Position numbers and translations under genes: made by a program | Shown: positions 53,441 through 63,710 of the stretch, piece after piece | How the letters are laid out: the number at the start of each line of letters is the position of its first letter | Position numbering within the stretch: the first letter of the stretch is position 1 | Notes under the pieces: model-generated | Database searches by the model: none | What the model saw: only the letters and a program-made list of their open reading frames with translations | What the model was told of the DNA's origin: nothing | NCBI RefSeq assembly: GCF_006345805.1 | Contig: NC_043015.1 | Location: 29,760,001-29,824,000 of the forward strand | Direction of reading: 5' to 3' | DNA: 64,000 nt | Source of the DNA: Octopus sinensis | Lineage: Eukaryota

Positions 53441-53572
53441 TGTAAAGGCCACTTTCTTCAATCGTAGTTCAACATTTCTCATGGCACCAGCAGACAAAAT
53501 GGAAAAGGGCATTGCTCGAAGGATAGCGAGGGAATCTCCCAGGTTTGGTTGGTTTTGAATTGTCATCGATGC

Positions 53573-53978
53573 AGGAGTGGCTGTGTGGTAAGTAGCTTGC
53601 TAACCAACCACATGGTTCCGGGTTCAGTCCCACTGCGTGGCATCTTGGGCAAGTGTCTTCTGCTATAGCCCCGGGCCGACCAATGGCTTGTGAGTGGATT
53701 TGGTAGACGGAAACTGAAAGAAGCCTGTCGTATATATGTATATATATATATGTATGTGTGTGTATATGTTTGTGTGTCTGTTTGTCCCCCTAGCATTGCT
53801 TGACAATCGATGCTGGTGTGTCTATGTCCCCGTAACTTAGCGGTTCAGCAAAAGAGACCGATAGAATAAGTACTAGGCTTACAAAGAATAAGTCCCGGGG
53901 TCGATTTGCTCAACTAAAGGCGGTGCTCCAGCATGGCCGCAGTCAAATGACTGAAACAAGTAAAAGAGTAAAGAGTAT
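53573..53978 (+). mobile_element. SINE family B, full length and young
   Basis: A-box TGGCTGTGTGG, B-box GGTTCAGTCCC, central (TA)n(TG)n, and tail AAGTAAAAGAGTAAAAGAG. Confidence 0.92.
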
Positions 53979-54215
53979 ATAAGGGCCATTTTCATCTATC
54001 GTAGTTCAACATTTCTCATGGCACCAGCAGACAAAAAGGAAAAAGGCATTGCCCGAAGGATAGCGAAGGAATCTCCCAGGTTTTGTTGGTTTTGAATTGT
54101 CATCGATGCCTCTGTAACTCTGCTTTTTTTTTTTTTTTTTTTCTAATAGTGATTTTGGCATCATGCAAGCCCGTTTCTACCTCTGGGACGACGTGGTCGA
54201 TATTAGTCAGGCCTA

Positions 54216-54420
54216 AGGTGAGGAACTTACAGAATCGTTAGCACGCCAGGGAAAATGCTTAGCGACATTTCGTCCGTCTTTACGTTCCGCCGAGGTTGAC
54301 TTTGATTTCATCCTTTCGTGGTCGATAAATTAAGTATCAGTGAAACACTAGTGTTGGTGTAATCGATTAGTCCCCTTCCCCAAAATTTCAGGCCCCGAGC
54401 CCTTAGTAGAAAGGATATTA
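54216..54420 (+). mobile_element. SINE family A, tail type i
   Basis: Head CAGAATCGTTAGCACGCC, body, and tail CCCCAAAATTTCAGGCC...TAGTAGAAAGGAT. Confidence 0.8.
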
Positions 54421-54899
54421 ATCTTACCTCTGGTCCTTTGAGCTGGAGTTTATACTTCCCTGGTATATCTCCCAGGGTCATAGAAACACACAAGCCACCA
54501 CCACACCGCAACAAAGACTGTCCTCTACTAAGCTTTCATCGCAGGCTGGTTATGAATATAGATGAATATATTATATTTTTATGGTGTTTCAGAACCAGTT
54601 GAAACTATCATGCAACACACACATACACACACACACGTGTACACATGCACACACACACACACAATATGTACACATACACACAAACATGCATACACATACA
54701 TACAAAAAGAAATCAACGAACTAACACGCGCACTACAAATGCAATCTGTAAGCGGAACAGTGAAAATATGCAAGACTTTTCTCAAGTTTGAAATGTGCAT
54801 TTGATTTTTTGCTATCTATATTCCAACGACAGCGTTTTGTATCTTTCTTAGAAACCAAGCGGCTTCCTCACAGGAAGATTTTAAATAATTAAAAATAGA

Positions 54900-54933
<34 letters not shown>

Positions 54934-55347
54934 GTGATTGAATACACACGTACACAGACGAACGAATTCACAGCGATGACATTATAAATTTTCACTGACA
55001 AGACGAATTTGTAAGCAAGATATCTCGTCAGCCAGTCATACCTGTCGAATGAGATAATTTATTTATTGATCATGTGAAAGCAAGCACTTCTTTACCATTA
55101 TTCCACACACTATTGATTAGAATGGCTAACAAAATTCCATTAGTCTACAGTTTTCTTTTTAAGTAGACACTTTTGCCACTTTCTTAGCATTTTCTGGATA
55201 TTGCAAACTCAGTGTTACCACATCGATTTCAGAGAATTATTGCTGTTGTTATTCCTGTTATTGTTATCGTTGTTGTTGTTGTTGTGGTGGTGCTGGTGGT
55301 GGTGGCTTAGTTCTTGGTCAACCCTGATCAAGCAGGGTATTTGCCGG

Positions 55348-56032
55348 GGATCTTTTCGGTTTGAACGGTGGTTTTTAACATAATTTCTAGGTAACTAAAC
55401 ACTTTTAAACTTCGTATACTGGTAGAATGTGTTTATAAAACATCTTTTTCTCTCGGCTTTATTCAGAAAATTCTATAGTTTGTAAGATATTTGTTGTTTT
55501 TTTTCTTTAATTTCTGCAATTTCAACCAATCAAATATGCCTATTGAGGTAAAAAACATTGTGCCGTATGAATATGTCCCACGTTTAAGAAACAGATTGGG
55601 TTTACTTACATTTGTGAATAAAAAAAGATCTATTCGGTTTGAACAGCAGTTTTTAACATAATTTCCACGTAACTAAAAAATGTTAAACTTCGTATACTTG
55701 TAGAATGTGTTTATAAAACATCTTTTACTCTTGGCTTTATTGAGAAAATTCTATAGTTTGTAAGATATGTTGTTTTTTTCTTTAATTTCTGCAATTTCAA
55801 CCAATCAATTACGTCTACTGAGGTGAAAACATTCTGTGCCGTATGAATATGTCCCTCGTTTAAGAAACAGATTGGGTTTATTTACATTTGTGAAGAAAAA
55901 AAGATACCCTTCCCCCCACCCCTAACCCTAAAACGGATTGAAATCCAATAGATCGATACTAGGGTCATAATTATGGGTGACAATTTCATATGACACCGCT
56001 AGAAAAAACTGCTGTTCAAACCGAAAAGATCC
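55348..56032. mobile_element. MITE with GGATC termini and 8-bp TSD (Merlin- or hAT-type), with an internal 280-bp tandem duplication
   Basis: TIR GGATCTTTTCGGTTTGAAC / GTTCAAACCGAAAAGATCC and perfect TSD TTTGCCGG (55340-55347 and 56033-56040). A second left TIR occurs at about 55627. Confidence 0.85.
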
Positions 56033-56439
56033 TTTGCCGGCGTATAAGACACATTTATGTATTTTTCTTCATGTCCTAGAAAGTTGCCCTGCATCTAATG
56101 CAAACATACTATGGATGAGAGACCAAAGCGTTGTAGGCTAGGGTGCTAAATAAACACGTCTCCTGGGGGCACAACAATTGGTGCTAATAACAAAATATTG
56201 AAAACAAGCCAAAATATCACAGTCCATTAGTATATACTTACGAAAAATTGCTTACGGTACATCGACAATAATAGCAAGAGGTCACAAGCAATTCATTATA
56301 CCTCCTTCCCCAGCACAAATAAGCTACACTTGATGTCTTATACTATTTAATTACTGCGTTGCTAGAGGTACCCATCTTGCTCAGTAGCAAGAATATCAAC
56401 AAAATGGTAGGGTAATCTTCAAATGGGGTCATTTGAATT

Positions 56440-56720
56440 TCTACCTTGTAAGCCAGTTGTTGGCTTGTAAGTTACCTTGTTAGTTTATAGGCTCCCTTGT
56501 CTGTTAGAATTCCTCGTTATCTTAAAGACTTCCTGCTTTTATTGCTGACTTTCTTGTTAGCCAGAAACATCCATGTTAGCTTGTAGACTTCCTTCTAAGC
56601 TTATAGGCTCTTTGATTTATAAACTCCCTTATTAGCTCCTAGATACCCTTGTCTTATAAACTCTGTTAGTCTGTAGACACCCTTGTTAGTTTGTAGACTT
56701 TCTTGTTAGACTGTCTCAAT
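56440..56720 (+). repeat. Degenerate ~20-bp minisatellite
   Basis: Recurrent TTAG(T/C)TT(G/A)TA(G/A)AC(T/A)CCCTTG-like units. Confidence 0.55.
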
Positions 56721-56900
56721 AACTTGCAGATTCCTTCCTTGTCTTGCAAGCTCAGTGCCAGAGACATCATATATCTGGCGCAATGGTTCTGTGTGATGCA
56801 TCTAACCATTCAACTAATCACCTACAGGATTTGTGTAAGAGGGATTAGGGTTGACCTGGGGTATGAGGTGGATGGCATAAGGTGGTATAAGGAAGTATAA

Positions 56901-57373
56901 GGCAGCGAGCTGGCAGACACGTTAGCGCGCCGGGCGAAATGCGTAGCCGTATTTCGCCTGCCATTACGTTCTGAGTTCAAATTCCGCCAAGGTCGACTTT
57001 GCCTTTCATCATTTCGGGGTCGATTAAATAAGTACCTATTTCGTTATTACCCACAAGGGGCTAAACATAGAGCGGACAAACAAGGACAGACATAGGTATT
57101 AAGTCGATTATATCGACCCCAGTGCGTAACTGGTACTTATTTAATCGACCCCGAAAGGATATGAAAGGCAAAGTCGACCTCAGCGGAATTTGAACTCACA
57201 ACATTGCGACAGGTGAAATACCGCTAAGCATTTCGCCCGGCGTGCTAACGTTTCTGCCAGCTCGATTAAATAAGTACCAGTTACGCACTGGGGTCGACGT
57301 AATCGACTCAGTCCGTTTGTCTGTCCTTGTTTGTCCTCTCTGTGTTTAGCCCCTTGTGGGTAGTAAAGAAATA
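56901..57373. mobile_element. SINE family A (plus strand) interrupted by an antisense family A copy (57037-57264)
   Basis: Inner TSD TCGATTAAATAAGTACC (57020-57036 and 57262-57278); outer TSD GGTATGAGGTGGATGG (56860-56875 and 57374-57389). Confidence 0.9.
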
Positions 57374-58049
57374 GGTATGAGGTGGATGGTTTGAGAGTTG
57401 GACGTGGGGAAACTACACAACAAAAACAAACAGCAATATAATATAACATTGCAAAACAGTAAAAAAAAAATAACAAAAGAAAACATTAACTTTTTGGCTT
57501 TTTTTTTTATATTAAAATATTTTTCCTTCTTTTTGACATAATCATCACAAACATTGCTATCATAGTCTCTGCCTCTTCATTATCACCATGACCATCATCA
57601 TCATCATCATCAACTGCCTCTCTTTTGGTATTCACCAGTGTTCAAGATTCAGCCTGCCTCTACCTGGCTCACGCACGGCTGAAACCGGTTGTATTTTACA
57701 GTAATGTCAAAACAGTTTTATGCAGTTTTAATTGCTTGATTGTGTCTGCATTGGAAACATCAAAAGGGTCCAAGAACTCCTTCGACCCCCACCTGCTCTT
57801 GGTAGCAGAACTCATGTCCAATGCCAAGTGTCGACTCTTTCAATGTTGTTGTTTGATTTTTTTCCAAGATGGTTCTACCAATCAGTGCTGATACCTGTAA
57901 GTTTTTTGGGGTTTTTTTTATAGAACAGGTGGTGTTTGGCAATATTTTATAGTTAATTAGTGGTTGGCAGGTGGTGTGTTTTATATTATATTAGCATGGT
58001 AGTTTGTATTTGGTATATTTTATAAATACATTTAGGATTAGGGAAAATT

Positions 58050-59168
58050 TTATAGTCCATCTATTGTAATCCTTGATAGCTTTGTTGATTCATCAGCAAC
58101 TAAAATGTAATACTGGTTGCTAATGGCAACGGGCTTTAACCAGTTGACCTTGTTAGAAAGTAGAGTTGTGAACACTTTGCAGTCGGCTGTGTTGTTGTTG
58201 TGGCTATCATCAACATCATCGTCATCATCATCATCCCCATTGACACTGACACCCTCATGTGCAGTGTTGCCATGGGCCGATCCCTGCCCATTTGTCATAT
58301 GTCCATTGAGCTGCTGAGGCTGGACCACCCCGGCTCCATTTGCTCCCTCACCAGAACCCCCCAGTTTTTCCAGGTCCCAAACAATAATCTGCTTATCATT
58401 GCCACCGGACACCATAAATCGGTTGCTAAGGAAATCCACTTGACTCACGCCTTGGTTGTGACCCCTCAGAGAAAAACGGTCCCGAAGATGTTTGCGGTTG
58501 CTATCAAACACTTTAACAATACCATTCTCTAGAGCACAGGCCAAGAAAAAACCATTGGGTGAGAAGTTGATATGATGAATAAGAGGCGGATTTAAGATTT
58601 GGGCCTCATCAATGTTTTCTCCTAGCAACTCTTGCATGTTAATTTCATTCATCACCTTTGGTTTAGCAAAATACCAGTGTATCAACTTACAGTCCAGTCC
58701 GGCAGTCATCACTTCCCACTGGTGGTTCGGTCGGAATACAACAGTAGAACATATATTAGAGTGCTTATAACGCAAAGTTTTTATCACTTTCCTCTCCTGG
58801 AGCGAGAAGATCTTTGTTTCGCCGGAATCATCGCACGAGGCAAGCAAGGTTTCTTTATCATTGATGTTCAGCTGATTAATTTCTTCAATGTTGTAATGGT
58901 GTGTTTCGACAGGTGTCAGAAATGTCCGCTTGTCAAACTGACAGATCTTCTTATTAAAAGCAGCAAACAAGAGCGAGCTATCTTTAGTGAACCGCAGCGA
59001 TGTACAGTCGTCATCACTGTCATCAGGAACATATTGGTGCAGTAGCTGCTGTGTAGCAGAGTCCCATAAATTCACCGCTCCATTCTCTCCTCCAGCAGCA
59101 ATCAGATTCTCAGCATGGTCTACACACAGCAGTGATCCACTGTTGCTACTCTGGTATGTTACAGTTGC
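58050..59168 (-). CDS. WDR53: WD repeat-containing protein 53, main coding exon (372 codons plus stop)
   Basis: The ORF extends upstream of the track's GTG to a TTGTAG acceptor at 59170-59169 (ATVTYQSSNSGSLLCVDHAENLIAAGGENGAV...). It carries motifs recognised from vertebrate WDR53: EEINxL, LLASxDDSG, HSNICSxVxFRP, LNPxLxH, GHxxGVSQVxFL, GGND, KVNWL, ILVAD. Confidence 0.9.
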   Translation of the reverse strand, partial: ATVTYQSSNSGSLLCVDHAENLIAAGGENGAVNLWDSATQQLLHQYVPDDSDDDCTSLRFTKDSSLLFAAFNKKICQFDKRTFLTPVETHHYNIEEINQLNINDKETLLASCDDSGETKIFSLQERKVIKTLRYKHSNICSTVVFRPNHQWEVMTAGLDCKLIHWYFAKPKVMNEINMQELLGENIDEAQILNPPLIHHINFSPNGFFLACALENGIVKVFDSNRKHLRDRFSLRGHNQGVSQVDFLSNRFMVSGGNDKQIIVWDLEKLGGSGEGANGAGVVQPQQLNGHMTNGQGSAHGNTAHEGVSVNGDDDDDDDVDDSHNNNTADCKVFTTLLSNKVNWLKPVAISNQYYILVADESTKLSRITIDGL

Positions 59169-59213
59169 CTACAATAACAAAAAGATAAAGTCAATCAAAT
59201 TTATAAAAATAAT

Positions 59214-59783
59214 TACTGTAAATCCTCGAGTATAATTCGCATTTATTCCCTAAAATTTAACAGTCAAAATCCCTATATACGAGATTAAAAATGAAAAATA
59301 TTTTTTTCCCAAATTTTTCCCAAAATTTAATGGTCAAAATCCCTAATGCGTACGATATACGAGGTTAAAAATGAAAAATATTTTCTAAGCAATGTCCGAG
59401 TCTCTATTTTCTGCCCGGCAATGTTTATTCAGACGCATTTTGTGATGACGGGCACGAAAATACTTTAAGTTAAGCCTGAAAACAATGAAGTCATAAAAGA
59501 ATCATCCATAATTTGCAGTAAGCAACATTTATTAAACGTTATTACTGTTATTTCTTTATTTTCTGCAAACAAAATGCCCAAAAAAGCTACACGTTTGCAT
59601 TATGTTATATATACAATAATAATAAAGGACGTTACCGTATACAGTTTTACAAACCAAGGACGTTATATAGACCTCCTTGACTCAAGTTAGAGAAGGGGTG
59701 TGTATTATACACAAGGTTTAGGTTTTTCAGAGGTACAGCCCGTATTATACTCAAGGGTGGACTATACTCGAGGATTTACGGTA
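59214..59783. mobile_element. pogo/Tigger-type (Tc1/mariner superfamily) non-autonomous element in a WDR53 intron
   Basis: TA TSD with TIRs CTGTAAATCCTCGAGTATA / TATACTCGAGGATTTACGG (18 of 19 match). Confidence 0.8.
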
Positions 59784-60627
59784 CATTTTCTGCTTTTTCT
59801 CTTCTTTTTATTGCATATTTTTCTATCTATCTTTCTATTTATTTATTTATATCAATGGTTCTCACCCATTTTTTTACCTATGGACCCCTTTGATTACTAT
59901 TTTACTCAGGTGGATCCCCATAGCCATTTCATATTTAAAAACTAGTTTAATAGATACATCATTCAAAATTCCTATTATTTTTTTGTTTTGTTTATATTTT
60001 CGTTTTGTTTTTCACCCATTCACTTGTGGCTGGAAACATGTTAAACCAGGTAAAACATCAGAGAAAGAAATCTGTTTCTTACAATAAATACACCTAAAGC
60101 AATTTTTTTTTCATGGACCCTTGACATACTACTTTGTGTCCCCCAATTTACTATATACCATGATTGTTATTCCAATGTACATGAAACATATGGCTAAGAA
60201 TGAAAAGGAATCAAGGATCTTGGGACATAACAAAAAAGGCTTTATATAAAATCATGATGGAAAGTTTAATTTCAGTAGGGACACTTAGAATGAACTGTTT
60301 TGATTAATAAAACCAAAGTGCAGTCTCAGATAGATTAGTACTGAAAGGGCTAACTTGAAAGGCATGAAGTTAATAAAAGGGTAATGAAATTGTGCACCCT
60401 TCATACCTTTCTCAAAATCATTAGCAATGCATATTTAAAACCATAAATTAAAAGAGAGTTTTGTGGCAGAATCTGACCTAACAACTGCAACACTAACTTC
60501 AGAAAATCGACCAATTACTAGACCCCCAACCACTCAAGCAAACAGAGTCACCACATCGCCTACCACTCAAGTGAATACAGTCACCTGATTATTGACCACT
60601 CAAATGAAATTACAAACCAGGCAGTCT

Positions 60628-61010
60628 TCATCATCATCATCATCATCATCATTTAACGTCCGCTTTCCATGCTAGCATGGGTTGGATGGTTCGACTGGGG
60701 TCAGGGAAGCCAGGAGGCTGCACCAAGCTCCAGTCTGATCTGGCAGTGTTTCTACAGCTGGATGCCCTTCCTAACGCCCACTCACATCATTTTATGTCCA
60801 TGTTCCATGTTGGCATAGGTTGGATGGTTTGATCCAATGGGCTTAAGGATTGCATTTGTGCTCCAGTATCTGCTTTGGCATGGCTTCTACAGCTGGATGC
60901 CTTGTCCTAATGCCGATCACTTTACAGTGTGTAGTTGTATAGCGGATGCTTTTTTCATACCACCAGCACTTGTGAGGTGACCAAGCAGCTTGCAAGACTA
61001 TGAACCCCAA
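60628..61010 (-). mobile_element. Two adjacent RTE LINE 3' ends (young 60628-60780, older about 60790-61010)
   Basis: (TCA)n then TTTAACGTCCGCTTTCCATGCTAGCATGGGTTGG; the second copy has CTACAGCTGGATGCC and is more diverged. Confidence 0.75.
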
Positions 61011-61174
61011 GAGGATGGGAAAGGGGGAACAGAGAGCAGGGTAAAATGTGAGAGAAATGAGGACCAGAGCAGAACAGTGTTCTTGCTCTGAATGAGCTGA
61101 ATGACAAAGCAAAGAAAATAAATTATTCGTTAGAATTTTGCTTAACCTTTGGTAAAGGAAACTTCATTAATTTT

Positions 61175-61617
61175 TGAGGACAACTGCATAAAGAAGTGCC
61201 GAGCTGTAATTGTGGTAGGAACGTGTGGAAGGGATGGACCCAGAAAGATGTGAGACAAAGTGGTCAGAAAGGATCTTCAGACGCTGGGCCTCATTGAGGA
61301 AATGACAAGAGACCAGGAGTTGTGGTGATTTGCTGTGCTTGAGAGGACGCGTCAAGTCAAGTCAAATCTTCCACACATACAAGCTTGTCTTTTACAGGTG
61401 CCTCTGCCACATAAAATGCAGTCATACTGATGCTGCGTAAATGCACCCAACAGGCTCTGTAAAGTGGTTGGCATTAGGAAGGGCATCGAGCTATAGAAAC
61501 CAAGCCACAACAGAGAATTGGAGCCCGGACAGCTCCCCGGCTGGTCAGCTCCATGTCAAACTGTCTAACCCTGTTAGCATGGAAAACAGACATTAAACAA
61601 CGAAGATGATGATGACG
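61175..61617 (+). mobile_element. RTE LINE fragment: end of the RT ORF (two stop codons) plus 3' UTR
   Basis: Translates EDNCIKKCRAVIVVGTCGRDGPRKM*DKVVRKDLQTLGLIEEMTRDQELW*FAVLERTRQ, the RTE C-terminal GRPxxxW...D...W pattern. It is followed by GTGGTTGGCATTAGGAAGGGCATC and a GATGAT tail. Confidence 0.8.
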
Positions 61618-61850
61618 ATCATCATCATCATCATCGTTTAACGTCCGCTTTCCATGCTAGCATGGGTTGGATGGTTCAACTGGGGTCGGGAAGCCAGAAG
61701 GCTGCGCCAGGCCCAGTCTGATCTGGCAATGTTTCTACAGCTGGATGCCCTTCCTAACGCCAACCACTCCGAGAGTGTAGTGGGTGCTTTTTACGTGCCA
61801 CCGGCACAGGTGCCAGACGAGGCTGGCGAACGGCCACGCTCGGATGGTGC
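61618..61850 (-). mobile_element. RTE LINE 3' end, tail-to-tail with 61175-61617
   Basis: (ATC)n GTTTAACGTCCGCTTTCCATGCTAGC...; near-identical to the 12674 and 60628 copies. Confidence 0.85.
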
Positions 61851-62077
61851 TTCAGCCAACCAACCAAAGTAAACTTAACAAAGGAGACACCTACACTGAC
61901 CTACGTTATTGGTGCTTGGGTATGATGGTTGATATCATTTGTGGAAACGGTTCACAGGGGGAAAAAAATGTCATTTACTTGGAGAATGAAAGATAAAAAT
62001 GGAAAAAAAAAACAACTCTGAAAATCACTTACCTCCCCACCCCAAATACAATAATGACAAAAGTATGATAAACTTAC

Positions 62078-62459
62078 CATTATCAAAATGGTGAAGATAT
62101 GTGAACTTTCCACAAATTCGTTAATAGCAACAGGTACCGTAGAAATATCTACTTTCAAGTGTTCTAGTAATTGGTTGTCATTCGAGTTATTCTAATATCT
62201 GTTCACTTCTGATCTGATATCCTTACACAACTGCTTCAGTAATAAGTTCACAGATGTACTTATATCTATTCACTGGTGTTCTGGGAATATGTTAAAAACA
62301 GGTGTTGTTCTGCGATCAAAGGGTTTCCACAGATTTTTGTTCAGTCGTTCTGTCTGTTCAGAGATGTTCTACCAATAATTAGTGTCTGTTTACATCTGTC
62401 CTAGTAAACACATTCATAGGTGTTTGCTAGTGTTAACAGGTGGGCGAGTGAGAAAGAGC
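62078..62459 (-). other. WDR53: WDR53 upstream exon: 5' UTR ending in the ATG start codon (62080-62078)
   Basis: ATG|GTAAGT donor at 62077, phase 0, matching the phase-0 acceptor at 59168 (M-ATVTY, compare the short vertebrate N-terminus MAVKW). TTTTACAG acceptor at 62461-62460. All three frames of the exon contain stops. Confidence 0.7.
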
Positions 62460-62597
62460 CTGTAAAATACAATAATATAAAGATCTGAAAATAGAGACAA
62501 CCAAAACGAGGAGATTATAAAAACAGAAACAATCCCTATAATTATAAATGTGTGGGGTACAATTAAAGAAAAAAATCCAGGTAAATATATATACAAA

Positions 62598-62638
<41 letters not shown>

Positions 62639-62957
62639 CTGGCTTCCGTACCCATGGCACGTAAAAGGGCACCACTCGAGTATGATCGTTACCAACGTCG
62701 CCTCACTGGCACGTGTAAATAGATTCGAGCAAGGTCATTGCCAGTACTGCCTGATTGGCCCCCGTGCCAGTGGCACGTAAAAAGCACCCACTACACTCTC
62801 GGAGTGGTTCGCGTTATGAAGGGCATCCAGCTGTAGAAACTCTGCCAGATCAAGATTGGAGCCTGGTGCAGCCATCTGGTTCGCCAGCCCTCAGTCAAAA
62901 TCTTCCAACCCATGCTAGCATGGAAAGCGGACATTAAACGACGATGATGATGATGAT
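62639..62957 (+). mobile_element. RTE LINE 3' end
   Basis: GGCACGTAAAA subrepeats, GAAGGGCATCCAGCTGTAGAAAC and a (GAT)n tail. Confidence 0.85.
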
Positions 62958-63219
62958 ATATATATACACACAACATACAGAGAACTTGTGCTATTAGGCA
63001 TTGCATACAAATAGACACAATATAGCATGTGTGTATGTGTGTGTGTGTGTGTGCATATGGGTGCAAATATTGATATTCCATAAAGTCACTTGTCACCAGT
63101 TGAGTGATATAAGAAGATATATTTGCATGCTTTATTTATATTTATTCAGCACTTTCAATGACCTTTGGGATAAAAAGAAAAAAATACATCCACTTTTCCA
63201 TGCTTCCATGGGTCAGTAT

Positions 63220-63366
63220 TCAACCCCAGTATTCAACTGATATCTATTTTATCGACCCTGAAAGTATGAAAAGTAAAGTCGACCTTGGCAGGATTTGAAC
63301 TCGGAATGTAAAGACAGACAAAATGCCACTCAGCATTTTGACCAGCGTGTTAATAAGTCAGCCAGC
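63220..63366 (-). mobile_element. SINE family A, degenerate
   Basis: TTTATCGACCC...AAAGTCGACC...GGATTTGAACTC...CATTTTGACCAGCGTGT matches the family A reverse complement. Confidence 0.7.
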
Positions 63367-63370
63367 AGGC

Positions 63371-63490
63371 CTACTACTACTACTACTACCATCACCACCA
63401 CAACTACAACTACTACTACTAATAATAATAATAATAATAATGATAATAATAATGATAATAATAATAATGATAATAATAATAATAATGATG

Positions 63491-63532
<42 letters not shown>

Positions 63533-63594
63533 TGATGATAATGATAATAATAATAATGATAATAATGATGATAATAATAATAATAATAATGATG

Positions 63595-63634
<40 letters not shown>

Positions 63635-63710
63635 CAATGATAATAATAATAATATAATAATAATAATAATGATAATAATAATAATAATAATAATAATCTA
63701 ATGATATTTT
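63371..63710 (+). repeat. Trinucleotide array grading (CTA)n to (AAT)n/(GAT)n
   Basis: Directly visible. Confidence 0.95.

Noticed and set aside
54423-54500. Minus-strand MTLGDIPGKYKLQLKGPE followed by GTAAGA
   Set aside because: Phase 0, no matching downstream exon and no homology recognised.
55915-55935. CCCTAACCCTAA telomere-like motif
   Set aside because: Only two units, internal to the MITE.
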